Positions 1 to 9,466 of a stretch of 64,000 nt of DNA are shown here, piece after piece. Source of the stretch: a virus. Its lineage: Duplodnaviria; Caudoviricetes. The position numbers were made by a program, and so were the translations under genes. The notes below the pieces were generated by a model. The model had not been told where the DNA came from. It did not search any database and worked only from the letters and a program-made list of their open reading frames with translations. Position 1 is the stretch's first letter; each line of letters starts with the position of its first letter. The stretch lies in the IMG/VR virus record IMGVR_UViG_3300033073_001332, positions 1-64,000 of that record; one strand, written 5' to 3'.

Positions 1-14
1 ATCCCCCCTCTCTA

Positions 15-27
15 TGACACAATGTCA
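15..27. promoter_or_regulatory. TGAC-N5-GTCA palindrome (putative operator)
   Basis: TGACACAATGTCA; same pattern occurs twice in the clpC/UVR intergenic region. Confidence 0.4.
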
Positions 28-189
28 GGGGTCAAAAAGGGGGTCAATCCCCTAAATCTAGTAAAATCATTTTTAATCAAAAAGTCCCCTTGTATCCCGT
101 AGAAATTTTTTGGGAAAAAAACTTTCAAATCTGAAAAGTCCCCTATATGTCAAAATAAATTTTCTGGAAAAATTTTAGAAAATCGGGGG

Positions 190-197
190 TATTTATA
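190..197 (+). promoter_or_regulatory. TATTTATA motif, putative phage late promoter (first of about 24 copies)
   Basis: Sense-strand TATTTAT(A/T/C) lies shortly upstream of many start codons, including the portal gene. Confidence 0.65.
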
Positions 198-212
198 ACT
201 AAAGAATATATT

Positions 213-650
213 ATGAAAAAAACTATAAGATTAACTGAGTCAGAATTAACAAACCTTGTTAAAAGAATTGTTAATGAAATGGAAGAAGATACCACACCTG
301 ATTATATCAAGGTATATCACATGTACAAAAATGGGGAGGTCTCTAAAAAGGACTTCTATGGTTATATGGGGGTTTTAGAAAAACACGAAAGACAAGACTT
401 GATTGATTATATTGAAAGTCAAAAACATTCTTCAATGTTGGACGAAGAATATGAGTCAGTTTATACAGATTCAAGAGAGGATATATCATATGATATTCAA
501 TCAGTTGATTGCGAGGGTGACTTTGGTGGGAATGTTTATATTGATGAAGATGATACCGTTGTGATTAGATATTGTGAAGGAGACGATGAGGAACTTGAGT
601 ATCTAAAAAGAAAAGGTAAGAAATTACTTTATTCAAAGTACGGAATGTGA
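213..650 (+). CDS. hypothetical acidic protein with ITES-type N-terminal leader
   Basis: Leader MKKTIRLTESELTNLVKRIVNE; TATTTATA upstream; terminator downstream. Confidence 0.8.
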   Translation: MKKTIRLTESELTNLVKRIVNEMEEDTTPDYIKVYHMYKNGEVSKKDFYGYMGVLEKHERQDLIDYIESQKHSSMLDEEYESVYTDSREDISYDIQSVDCEGDFGGNVYIDEDDTVVIRYCEGDDEELEYLKRKGKKLLYSKYGM

Positions 651-672
651 TATATACCATTATATTTAAATT

Positions 673-702
673 AACCCCTTTCTTCAACGTTAGGGGTTTT
701 TT
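673..702 (+). terminator. intrinsic terminator
   Basis: AACCCCT...AGGGGTT hairpin followed by T-run. Confidence 0.7.
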
Positions 703-749
703 GTTTTATACCCTTTGACATATCCCAACGTTTTTATTATATTTTATCT

Positions 750-935
750 ATGGAAATGGAACAGAACCCTATTGAATTTATTAAAGAACAAGTGGAACTT
801 GATTTTGATACAAACTTCAAAGACATTAATTGGGACCGATTTTATGATATATTGGAAGAAGCTTATTCAATGGATGTAAAAAGAATGGAATCTCTTAAGG
901 ATTTTGAAACGTGGAAAGAATGGAAAAACAAATAA
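750..935 (+). CDS. hypothetical protein
   Basis: 61-aa ORF ending DFETWKEWKNK. Confidence 0.65.
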   Translation: MEMEQNPIEFIKEQVELDFDTNFKDINWDRFYDILEEAYSMDVKRMESLKDFETWKEWKNK

Positions 936-937
936 CT

Positions 938-1081
938 ATGAAAAAGAATATACTCCCCATTATTTTATTTATTCTTCTTGTGGTTTTTAATATTATATGT
1001 TTCTACTACAATGGAAGAACCATGCACTTAATGACAAACCTTATTATTGGGGGTTTAATTATTTTGAATTATAAAACTTAA
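938..1081 (+). CDS. small membrane protein (two hydrophobic segments)
   Basis: Translated by hand: MKKNILPIILFILLVVFNIICFYYNGRTMHLMTNLIIGGLIILNYKT; fills the gap between neighbours. Confidence 0.55.
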   Translation: MKKNILPIILFILLVVFNIICFYYNGRTMHLMTNLIIGGLIILNYKT

Positions 1082-1092
1082 ATTATATACCT

Positions 1093-1356
1093 ATGAAAAT
1101 TAAATTGAACGCAGAAGAATCTTATACTACCACCCTTTATCGTGAGTCTATGGAAATTGATACTGATAACTATCCTGAATTGGAGGGTATGAGCGAAGAT
1201 GAAATTAGTGATTACATCGATAATAACATTTGGGACATGAAACCCGTAAACTCTGACCTATATGATTCTCTTGGTGAGGAACTAATGGATAAGGATGTTG
1301 AAAATGACCATATCGGTGGTGAGGAAACAACCTTTTATGTTGAACAAATAAATTAA
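1093..1356 (+). CDS. hypothetical acidic protein
   Basis: 87-aa ORF in operon-like run. Confidence 0.7.
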   Translation: MKIKLNAEESYTTTLYRESMEIDTDNYPELEGMSEDEISDYIDNNIWDMKPVNSDLYDSLGEELMDKDVENDHIGGEETTFYVEQIN

Positions 1357-1358
1357 TC

Positions 1359-1877
1359 GTGGATTATATTCCTAACCATTATTATGATTCTTATGGCGAA
1401 TATAAGTTTCATAAACAAGAATCTGAGTTAAGATATCTTCTTGGAACAAAATATATGAAGATATTGGGGGAGTTTATTGAAATAATGTACCCTGGTTTGA
1501 GATTCGATATTCATATTAAATATCGAAACTCTAATGAGAGAATGGTTGAATGGTATGGACATACCTATATGGAACTCGTTATATTTGATGTAATTAATAC
1601 TCCTGTATATAACCCCATGAATTTTGATGCATCTTTTAGAACCCCTAATTATGATGGTTATATAAATGGTGAATCATTTTTTTTAGATATTGAATCATAT
1701 ATCCCCGAAATTAATAAACATCTTCTAATATCTTTTAGACCTTTGATACGACCTCATGAATATGAGACCATTTCATCATTTCATATGAACATACCTGACT
1801 TTGAATGTTGGAAGGAACATTATCGTAGAGAGCGTGTGTATGAGGCTATGAATAGTTCTAGGTTTGAGATGTTTTGA
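1359..1877 (+). CDS. hypothetical protein, paralog of 4300..4731
   Basis: GTG start; shares YPxLxF, YNPM, NGxxF and SYxP motifs with the 4300 ORF. Confidence 0.7.
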   Translation: MDYIPNHYYDSYGEYKFHKQESELRYLLGTKYMKILGEFIEIMYPGLRFDIHIKYRNSNERMVEWYGHTYMELVIFDVINTPVYNPMNFDASFRTPNYDGYINGESFFLDIESYIPEINKHLLISFRPLIRPHEYETISSFHMNIPDFECWKEHYRRERVYEAMNSSRFEMF

Positions 1878-1919
1878 TTTTTTTATTTTATGATATATTT
1901 ATAGTTAAACATTGAAACT

Positions 1920-2177
1920 ATGAAAACAAGAATAACTGAAAGAGATTTATCCCGTATTGCTTCACGTATTGTTAATGAAATGGAAGAAGAGGGAATGAAT
2001 GATGAGACCATGACAGGAGACATAAATAGAGTTATGGATTTCGCTTATGAAATGATTACTGAACTTGCACCTGATGGACCGAGAAATAGAAGACAATATA
2101 TGGCGGCAATTAATCAGTTGGAACGTGATTTTAATTATGCTCTTCGTAACTTGAAAGGTAATCTTGGAATGGAGTAA
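1920..2177 (+). CDS. hypothetical protein with ITES-type leader
   Basis: MKTRITERDLSRIASRIVNE; TATTTATA at 1896-1903. Confidence 0.8.
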   Translation: MKTRITERDLSRIASRIVNEMEEEGMNDETMTGDINRVMDFAYEMITELAPDGPRNRRQYMAAINQLERDFNYALRNLKGNLGME

Positions 2178-2199
2178 TTAATTATAAAAGTATAATTTG

Positions 2200-2229
2200 A
2201 AACCTCATCTTTTATGGATGGGGTTTTTT
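2200..2229 (+). terminator. intrinsic terminator
   Basis: AAACCTCATC...GATGGGGTTT hairpin plus T-run between convergent genes. Confidence 0.65.
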
Positions 2230-2243
2230 GTTTAACAAAAAAC

Positions 2244-2627
2244 CTAATTTAGATAAGTTATAGTAATACCTAAAAAATCACATAAGTCTAATATATGTTT
2301 TATTTTTGTTGTGGTTGATGAGTAAGAGGTCACATAAAAATTATCTTTTATTTTATGTGCTTGTTTCATTCCCTCATCTGTATTTGAAATATAAGATTTT
2401 AATACACCACTTTTGAAGGTCCCATATGGGTGAATATTTGATATATCTTTAATAAACGCCACATAGTTATCTGTGAATTTATCACTATTATATTCTTTTT
2501 GAAAAACTTTAAATTTGAATATAATTTTTTTACTTTTCTTTTTGGGGAATTTTTGATTGTATAGTTTGTTGATAAACTCATTAACCTCATCAGGACATAC
2601 CTCCATTAACATTTTAAACTTTTCCAT
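2244..2627 (-). CDS. hypothetical basic protein, possibly DNA-binding
   Basis: Likely start MEKFK; C-terminus FYVTSYSSTTTKIKHILDLCDFLG loosely recalls the SeqA C-terminal domain. Confidence 0.55.
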   Translation of the reverse strand: MEKFKMLMEVCPDEVNEFINKLYNQKFPKKKSKKIIFKFKVFQKEYNSDKFTDNYVAFIKDISNIHPYGTFKSGVLKSYISNTDEGMKQAHKIKDNFYVTSYSSTTTKIKHILDLCDFLGITITYLN

Positions 2628-2773
2628 AACTAATTTTTTAATAAACATAGTATTTTAATTTTAACTGGTCAAGAATTCCAGTTAAATAATATATGGAGTG
2701 AAGGTCAATTTCTGGAAAAATTTTTTTTGACCTGAACCTCCCCCAAACCCCCTCCTTGCTGTATTTATTAAAT

Positions 2774-3358
2774 ATGAAAAGAACTATGAGACTTACTGAA
2801 TCAGAATTAACGAACCTTATTAAAAGAATCGTTAATGAAGACGTGATGGAAAATTCATTATATAACGATATTATGGATTTGATTAGAAACTCCAATTCAA
2901 GTCACGGTGAAACTATTGGTGTGTTAAATTCTATTATTGATGAAATGGAATCATCAAGAAGAGTTAGACGTGGTGCTGAAAAAAGATTTAGACACAATAT
3001 GAATGAGGAGGAAGAAATTGAACCAAAAAGACTTTCGTTTGATGAATGGGCTGACGTGTGGTTAAGTTTAAGAGAACAATATGGTGAAACATTTTTACGT
3101 CCAGATGAATTTGGTCAAAATAGAGACTATCCAATCTTTACTGGAATGAATATGGATTTTTTACCTGAAAATGGTGGTGAGTATTTGCAAGTAATGAATG
3201 AATATAGAAACCCTCGTAATTGGAGAGATGATTATGATAAAGGTATTGAAACTTTATTAAGAATTGAAGATAAACTTAGAGACCGAATTGAAAACTCTGA
3301 TGCTGGTCTTCGTTTTGAATCTGACGATAAATTTAGATTTAGAATTTATAAGAAATAA
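2774..3358 (+). CDS. hypothetical protein with ITES-type leader
   Basis: MKRTMRLTESELTNLIKRIVNE, nearly identical to the 213 leader; TATTTATT at 2762. Confidence 0.8.
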   Translation: MKRTMRLTESELTNLIKRIVNEDVMENSLYNDIMDLIRNSNSSHGETIGVLNSIIDEMESSRRVRRGAEKRFRHNMNEEEEIEPKRLSFDEWADVWLSLREQYGETFLRPDEFGQNRDYPIFTGMNMDFLPENGGEYLQVMNEYRNPRNWRDDYDKGIETLLRIEDKLRDRIENSDAGLRFESDDKFRFRIYKK

Positions 3359-3359
3359 T

Positions 3360-3833
3360 ATGTCACCATTTGAAAAACTTAATGATAAAGCACTTCTTCT
3401 TCTTATGAATCAATTAAGAGAAGAATTTGTGGATAGAGGTATTTACCAAGATGACATAGAAGAATTTTTCACAAATTATGATATGATTCAAAGTAAGACA
3501 TCATACTTTGGTATTGATAATCTGCAAGTTCCAGATTTGACTTATTTGTATGATTTATTTTTGAATGTCGATGATATAGAAGAAGAAATAACAGAATTAC
3601 CCCCAAGACCAAGACTCAAAAAATTTAGAGTGGAGTGGAGTGAAGATGTTACTGAATACAACCGATATTATTATCAAGATACTGTTGAGTCATATTGTGA
3701 TTTATCAACTCATGATATGGAAATGTTAAGAAGTGAAGATTTTTTTGACCCATGGATTGGTAAAATGTACCATAAAGAAATTTTGGATTCAGAATCAACT
3801 GAAGATGAATGTACTGATGTAAGAGAAATATAA
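3360..3833 (+). CDS. hypothetical acidic protein
   Basis: ATG at 3360 directly after the upstream stop. Confidence 0.7.
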   Translation: MSPFEKLNDKALLLLMNQLREEFVDRGIYQDDIEEFFTNYDMIQSKTSYFGIDNLQVPDLTYLYDLFLNVDDIEEEITELPPRPRLKKFRVEWSEDVTEYNRYYYQDTVESYCDLSTHDMEMLRSEDFFDPWIGKMYHKEILDSESTEDECTDVREI

Positions 3834-4249
3834 TGAGAATGATAATTACAGAATCTCAGTTAAGTTTCTTGATTGAAACAGAAAGTGATAAATCCATTTC
3901 CATGATGGAAGAAATCAAATCAAGTATCGATAAGTTATTATCGTATTATGAAAAAACTGATGATGGTAATTTTATTGACTTACAAACAAAAAAACCTGTT
4001 GGGTTAAAACCAATTGCAGGGTATTTCAAATCTAAAATTGAAAGTGTTGTTTTTGGGGTTGAGCAAGAAAACAAACCTGACGAAATAATTTCAAAAGTCA
4101 ATCAAATAAAAAATGAAATCGTTACAGGTAAATTCAAAGATTTTTTTGGTGACTACAACTTAATTAAAATCCCTTTACAAAAGTTTGATTTTTATACTGA
4201 AAAAAAATGTTCAGAAATGAACCCAAAAAGTCCTGGTTGCCAAGCTTAA
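3833..4249 (+). CDS. hypothetical protein with ITES-type leader
   Basis: MRMIITESQLSFLIE; TAATG coupling to the upstream gene. Confidence 0.75.
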   Translation: MRMIITESQLSFLIETESDKSISMMEEIKSSIDKLLSYYEKTDDGNFIDLQTKKPVGLKPIAGYFKSKIESVVFGVEQENKPDEIISKVNQIKNEIVTGKFKDFFGDYNLIKIPLQKFDFYTEKKCSEMNPKSPGCQA

Positions 4250-4299
4250 AAATTTCCATTTATTATTTAGTGTCGGTTTTTTTTAGACTATAATTTATT

Positions 4300-4731
4300 A
4301 TGGCAAATTTAACATATGATTTTGATTATTCAGAAATAAAACAAAATGAAATAATTCAAAAAATAGAATCATATGCCCCTTTGTTAGAAAACTTAGTGTC
4401 TTGTTTTTATCCTGATTTAAAATTTTCTATTGAATGTTCTTTATCACATAGAGTTAATTTATTTGCAGGTTACTATGAACCAAAAATAGAAATCATTGCT
4501 GAAAATATAGAATATAATCCTATGCTCAATTCTTATAGTCATAATACGACTTTGAAAATAAAAGATACTGATTCAGTATTAAATGGCGTTGAGTTCTGTG
4601 ATTCAATATATTCCTATTTACCCGGTGTTTTATATAACACATCTTTAATCATAAAAAATTACGTGTATGAAGATATTGAATGGGATTTTGAAGAATATGC
4701 ATTAAGAAAAGAAATCGAATCAAGATATTAA
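4300..4731 (+). CDS. hypothetical protein, paralog of 1359..1877
   Basis: Shared YPDLKF, YNPM, NGVEF, SYLP motifs. Confidence 0.7.
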   Translation: MANLTYDFDYSEIKQNEIIQKIESYAPLLENLVSCFYPDLKFSIECSLSHRVNLFAGYYEPKIEIIAENIEYNPMLNSYSHNTTLKIKDTDSVLNGVEFCDSIYSYLPGVLYNTSLIIKNYVYEDIEWDFEEYALRKEIESRY

Positions 4732-4754
4732 AGTATTTATATAAAAAAGTTTTT

Positions 4755-6662
4755 ATGAAAAAAAATTTATTAGGTATTAGCATTACTGAAAAAATGAGAA
4801 TTCTTGAGATGCATTACAATGCTGCAGGAAAAAAAATAATTTCAGAACAATCAGAAACACAAGAACCCGACCTTTCTAAATATGATTGGTCAAATAATGG
4901 TTCTGTTGATTTTTGGAAGGCAAGTATTGATAGCATCGTTGATTATATTATAGCCAGAGACTCTTCTAAATCATATTCCAAATTAGAAATATATGGACTT
5001 GTTATGGAGTGGTTTAGGGATGTGAAGAAAAAGAAAATGTCAGAAGAGGATGTAAAAAAATCTCTTTATCTATGGGTAGGAAAAGACCCGTACTACGGAC
5101 TACCAAACGCAAGAGCAAACGTACAACAAAAAACAACAGATGACGAAGGTGTTGAAGGTGCACAATATGATGAACTTTCTACTAAAGAAGAAATTGCAAA
5201 TTCAATAAAGAGAATGGAGGATTATGCAACTAAGTGGGAAACTGAAGTAATCAATCAAATGAATGGTACTTCGGATATTGACGGAAAAGTTAAAGCTCAG
5301 TTGGCAATGATACCTAAATCAGTAAGAGCAGCAATTAAAAGTAAAATTTATTTACCTGATGATGAGTTAACAAAATTAGAAACCTCTGTTAATAATTTTA
5401 TTAAAATGAAAGATAAACCAAATACTAATTTAAAGGTTTATGGTTTTTACACCAAAGGTGGTTATAATGATAACGATTTAAAATTGGTTACAAACGCTAA
5501 AGCGGGTGTTCAAAAAATGTTACAAGGAGGTAAAGATAAAGATAACGTTTACACTGAAAATACCGTTGATGATAATGTTAGATTAAGATTATTAACTGAT
5601 ATACAAAATGAGGTTGATAATTTAATTAAAAATCCTGTTAAAAGAGACCAACTAAGACAAGGTAAATTAATAGAGTTAAGTGTTGCTAAAGTAGTCTCAG
5701 AAGCAGATAGGATAGAATTTTCAGAAGATACCCCAACAATCGAAGGTCAAGAATCAGGTGTTGGTTCTCAAAAATCTATTGAGACTTTAAGGGTTATTAA
5801 TTTTTCTTATCCTGATACTAATACTGCACAAGATGAAAGAGATGCACAAGCGGATAACTTTTTTGCGGATGATGGTACAACAATAAGTAGTGATGCGGAA
5901 GAGGCCATGTACAATATTGCCACAAAAATCAGAACTTTTATTTTAGATTTACAAAAAACATACGGAGTCGATAAAGTTAAAGTATTGAATATAGGTGTTG
6001 CCTCTTATGCGTCGACGAGTACCGTTAATAGTTCTTTTGGTACGGGAGACGCCTTTAAAACTGCAAAAGTCTTTAATAAATCAAATAATGTAAGATTGGC
6101 AAATGCAAGATTAGACGCTATGGATACTGCATTTAAACAAGAGCTACAAGATGTTTTATCTAAAGTTGAAGATGGTGATGGGGAACCATTAAGTAATAAG
6201 GTTAAAACTTTATTAAAACAATCAGAAGCAAATAAAGGTCCTGAATGGAATACAATGGGAGGTTCAAATTATGGTGCCACTTATGGAATTGCAAATTACG
6301 GACCATTATATCAAGCCGCGTACGAAAAAAATAATAAATTAACCCCAAGACAATACTACTCCCAAAGAAAAAATAGCGAAGAAATCAGATTAGATTACGA
6401 ACAAACATATAAAGGTTATAGAAAATCTATGGTTGGTGTTTCGGTTCAACTTTATGTTCCTGAAGAATTGGCAAAACAAACACCTCAAGGAGAATACGTA
6501 ATATCAAGTGTAGGTAACTTTTACGCCAGTATTATTTGGTGGAAAAGAAGTAAGGTAGATATTAATTGGCCTAAACTAGGTAAAATTAGAATCGGTAGGA
6601 ATTATCCAAAAGGATTTATGCCTCCGTTTAATGGTAGAAAAACTTCTTGTCCTATATTCTAA
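4755..6662 (+). CDS. large leader-bearing protein, possible OmpA-C-like domain
   Basis: Leader ITEKMRILEMH..IISE; TATTTATA at 4734; segment YASTS...NVRLANAR recalls OmpA-like peptidoglycan-binding fold (weak). Confidence 0.7.
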   Translation: MKKNLLGISITEKMRILEMHYNAAGKKIISEQSETQEPDLSKYDWSNNGSVDFWKASIDSIVDYIIARDSSKSYSKLEIYGLVMEWFRDVKKKKMSEEDVKKSLYLWVGKDPYYGLPNARANVQQKTTDDEGVEGAQYDELSTKEEIANSIKRMEDYATKWETEVINQMNGTSDIDGKVKAQLAMIPKSVRAAIKSKIYLPDDELTKLETSVNNFIKMKDKPNTNLKVYGFYTKGGYNDNDLKLVTNAKAGVQKMLQGGKDKDNVYTENTVDDNVRLRLLTDIQNEVDNLIKNPVKRDQLRQGKLIELSVAKVVSEADRIEFSEDTPTIEGQESGVGSQKSIETLRVINFSYPDTNTAQDERDAQADNFFADDGTTISSDAEEAMYNIATKIRTFILDLQKTYGVDKVKVLNIGVASYASTSTVNSSFGTGDAFKTAKVFNKSNNVRLANARLDAMDTAFKQELQDVLSKVEDGDGEPLSNKVKTLLKQSEANKGPEWNTMGGSNYGATYGIANYGPLYQAAYEKNNKLTPRQYYSQRKNSEEIRLDYEQTYKGYRKSMVGVSVQLYVPEELAKQTPQGEYVISSVGNFYASIIWWKRSKVDINWPKLGKIRIGRNYPKGFMPPFNGRKTSCPIF

Positions 6663-6678
6663 AAAAAAGTGATGGTTA

Positions 6679-7212
6679 CTATTTAGCAACCATCACCGCT
6701 TTTAAATCATGAACGTAAAAACCATTTTTCATGTAAACAACTGAAGAGATGGAAATACCCACTTTCGTTACGTCTTTATTCAAAAGGTTTGCGTTGTGAC
6801 CAGGAGATTTAATCCAACCATCCAAAATTAAAGATGGAATTGTTTTAACCCAAGCCTCATCCAACATCAAAAATGTCCCCGCAGTTTTGAACAAGTCAAT
6901 ATTTTCTAAAGTGTAATTACCTCCATTCAAATCGCTGTGTTGGTATGTATTTGTTGATACCATACTATCTGAATATGATTTTGCGAATGTGAACATCTCT
7001 TGGTCAAAAACCAATTTAGGTAAACCATTCTTTACTCGGTATGCATTGATGTCATTCATTAGAACTTTACTCAAAACCAAGTAATCTGTAGAATTCACCA
7101 AATCTACACTTTGTTTTGTAGTCTTAGCGAATGGGTCATTTTCTTTGTAAGTAACTTGTGAAAAAGATACTTGAAAGATTAATACAAAAAGAGCAAAAAT
7201 TAAATTTTTCAT
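6679..7212 (-). CDS. secreted CAP/SCP-domain protein
   Basis: Signal peptide; INAYRxxNGLPKL, HS, EN, WIKSPGHNANLL and VGI CAP motifs. Confidence 0.85.
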   Translation of the reverse strand: MKNLIFALFVLIFQVSFSQVTYKENDPFAKTTKQSVDLVNSTDYLVLSKVLMNDINAYRVKNGLPKLVFDQEMFTFAKSYSDSMVSTNTYQHSDLNGGNYTLENIDLFKTAGTFLMLDEAWVKTIPSLILDGWIKSPGHNANLLNKDVTKVGISISSVVYMKNGFYVHDLKAVMVAK

Positions 7213-7241
7213 GGTCGTATGTTTTTGAGTGATTATTTCTA

Positions 7242-7270
7242 CAAAGATAATACATTTTTTGGATTAACAA
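7242..7270 (-). promoter_or_regulatory. Bacteroidota primary-sigma-type promoter (TTG-N18-TATCTTTG)
   Basis: Reverse complement gives a TAnnTTTG -7 box and a TTG -33 box upstream of the CAP gene. Confidence 0.65.
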
Positions 7271-7317
7271 AAAAAATATTTAATTTTTTCAAACTATTTA
7301 TCTTCAAAAACAAAATC

Positions 7318-7431
7318 ATGTCAAAAGCAAGAAAAGAAGGTAAAAAAGGGAAATCTAGAAAAAGTGTATTGAAAACATTACGTATGATTAAACGTAATGA
7401 AGAACTCATTAAAAAATATAATAGCAAATAA
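7318..7431 (+). CDS. small basic protein
   Basis: MSKARKEGKKGKSRKSVLKTLRMIKRNEELIKKYNSK; TATTTATC at 7295. Confidence 0.6.
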   Translation: MSKARKEGKKGKSRKSVLKTLRMIKRNEELIKKYNSK

Positions 7432-7478
7432 TTTTTATAATTAAAAATCTGTATCACAATATTGTAATATTTATTGAC

Positions 7479-7943
7479 ATGCAACTCAACGAGCAAATAA
7501 AACGAATTAAATCACTAATGTTTGAAGAAGTGAAAGATTATAACATTGTGACATCAGGAGATATTAATTCAACTCGTGGTATGAGAGTCTACATTGAAAA
7601 TTCAAATGGAGATTTAATTGGTGAGACAAACATCATTGATTTTGAAAACGGACTAAAGTTAAGTCCAAATCTTACAAGTTTTATGGATAATAAAAGTGAA
7701 CCATTTGGGATGGATAATGCGGTGTACCAATATAGTTTATCTGTTGAAGAACCTTTCAGAGGTCAAGGTTGGGGTGAGAAACTAAAACATGAGTGTCACG
7801 ACATTGTAAGAAACTTGGGATATAAATATGCAACTAATATTGTAAAATGTGACAACCATGCGTCACAAGGTTTAATGAAAAAATTGGGATATCAGAAACA
7901 TCAATCTAATGGGGTTAGAGATGTTCTGTATTTCGAATTATAA
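7479..7943 (+). CDS. GNAT acetyltransferase with LNEQIKRIKSLM leader
   Basis: VEEPFRGQGWG acetyl-CoA motif; NHASQGLMKKLGY. Confidence 0.85.
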   Translation: MQLNEQIKRIKSLMFEEVKDYNIVTSGDINSTRGMRVYIENSNGDLIGETNIIDFENGLKLSPNLTSFMDNKSEPFGMDNAVYQYSLSVEEPFRGQGWGEKLKHECHDIVRNLGYKYATNIVKCDNHASQGLMKKLGYQKHQSNGVRDVLYFEL

Positions 7944-7966
7944 TAAACATAACTAAACTTAAAAAA

Positions 7967-8098
7967 ATGGCAAAAATTAAAGGGGGTTCAAATGATTCTA
8001 GAAAACAGACATTTGGTAAAAAAAGAGTCGGAAAATTAAAAAGAAAATTTGGACCAAAAGAACAAAGACCAAAAAAATATAAGGGACAAGGTAGATAA
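7967..8098 (+). CDS. small basic protein ending KKYKGQGR
   Basis: Translated by hand, 43 aa; TAATG overlap with the next gene. Confidence 0.7.
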   Translation: MAKIKGGSNDSRKQTFGKKRVGKLKRKFGPKEQRPKKYKGQGR

Positions 8099-8547
8099 TG
8101 TTTACAACAGAAGAAATATCCAAGATAAATAAAACTTTAGCAAATCAGGAATTTGAAACGCCTGTTTTTATTTACCCTGAACACCGAACTGATACATCAG
8201 TTACTTACAAATTTGAGATTGTTGGAACTAGGCGAATGATTTCAGTTGGTGAATGGTATGATTATGCAATGTACGATGTAACTATTTTGGATGCAAACGA
8301 AACATTAAAAAAATGGATGTCTATAGCTATCAAAATATTCTACCAATACAAAACTGAAGAACCACTAAAACAAAGGTTGGAATACTTTTTAAAAAAAGAT
8401 AGTTATATTCTTAGAACGGTTAATGCAGATATAGATAATACTTTAGAATATTATCACACAGGTGATTATTCTCGTTCTACTATGAGAGATGTATATGTTT
8501 CTGATGAATTAGTTGAAGAAATAAAAAATATGGTTATTGAAAAATAA
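8098..8547 (+). CDS. hypothetical protein
   Basis: 149-aa ORF coupled to the upstream gene. Confidence 0.7.
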   Translation: MFTTEEISKINKTLANQEFETPVFIYPEHRTDTSVTYKFEIVGTRRMISVGEWYDYAMYDVTILDANETLKKWMSIAIKIFYQYKTEEPLKQRLEYFLKKDSYILRTVNADIDNTLEYYHTGDYSRSTMRDVYVSDELVEEIKNMVIEK

Positions 8548-8587
8548 CAAAAGAAACGGCTTAGGACCGATATAGCAACGGCTATAT

Positions 8588-8622
8588 AAAACCCCCATCA
8601 GTGTCGCTACCAATGGGGGTTT
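8588..8622. terminator. bidirectional terminator-like hairpin
   Basis: AAACCCCCAT...ATGGGGGTTT between convergent genes. Confidence 0.6.
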
Positions 8623-8629
8623 GTTATTT

Positions 8630-9055
8630 TTAGTGAATCTCTACGACTTCTAAATCAAAGATAAGATTTTTACCTGCTAAAGGATGGTTAGCATCCAAAA
8701 CTACGGTATTATCGTTAACTTCTTTCACAACAAATTGTACGGTCCCCATTTGAGTATCGGCCATTAAAGGTGTCCCAACTTCTACATCACCTGGCATTTG
8801 AGTTTTCTCAACCTCTTGAATTAAATAATCCAAATATTCACCATATGCGTCTGTGTGTGGAATTTCAACGGTTTTAGTTTCACCCTCACCCATATCAACT
8901 AATCCGTTTTCAAAACCTTTAATTAATTGACCTTGTCCTAATTGAACTTTAATTGGTTCTCTACCTTCGACCATTGAACTATCAAATACAGTCCCGTCCT
9001 CTAATCTACCCGTGTAATTTACAGTCACGGTACTGTCGTTTGCAACTTTTTTCAT
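8630..9055 (-). CDS. FKBP-type peptidyl-prolyl isomerase (SlyD/SlpA-like)
   Basis: VNYTGRLEDGTVFDSS, LIKGFE, AYG and DANHPLAGKNLIFD motifs; no His-rich tail. Confidence 0.92.
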   Translation of the reverse strand: MKKVANDSTVTVNYTGRLEDGTVFDSSMVEGREPIKVQLGQGQLIKGFENGLVDMGEGETKTVEIPHTDAYGEYLDYLIQEVEKTQMPGDVEVGTPLMADTQMGTVQFVVKEVNDNTVVLDANHPLAGKNLIFDLEVVEIH

Positions 9056-9121
9056 AATATACTTTTTGAAAATGATAATTAACTTTATTTAGATTGTAAA
9101 ACTATTTATAAAACAAAAACT

Positions 9122-9442
9122 ATGAAAAGTAGAAAAAGTAAAATTATATCATCGGTTAATTTAATTGCAGAAGAAAGATATTTGAATTCAAAGTTTAATT
9201 TGAAGGAAGAAGAAGAAAACGGTTTACCTGAATTTCAAGTAACACCTGAAGGGTTTGGTAAATACAAAATTAAATACACTTGGGATAAAGTTGGAACTAA
9301 ATTGCCAAAAGATGTTAGAGGTGATGAAAATTTCAGTGATAAAGAGTTTGAACCTTTGTCAAAAATTTATGCAAATCAAAAAGATGCCCAAGTTACCGTT
9401 GATGATTTTTTAAGAACAAAATCATATTTGTTTAAGAAATAA
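9122..9442 (+). CDS. hypothetical protein
   Basis: TATTTATA at 9103; leader-like NLIAEERYL..NLKE. Confidence 0.7.
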   Translation: MKSRKSKIISSVNLIAEERYLNSKFNLKEEEENGLPEFQVTPEGFGKYKIKYTWDKVGTKLPKDVRGDENFSDKEFEPLSKIYANQKDAQVTVDDFLRTKSYLFKK

Positions 9443-9466
9443 AATATTTTTACTATATTTGTGTCT

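Noticed and set aside
2244-2627. Calling this gene seqA
   Set aside because: Only a loose C-terminal resemblance; cannot be supported without a profile search
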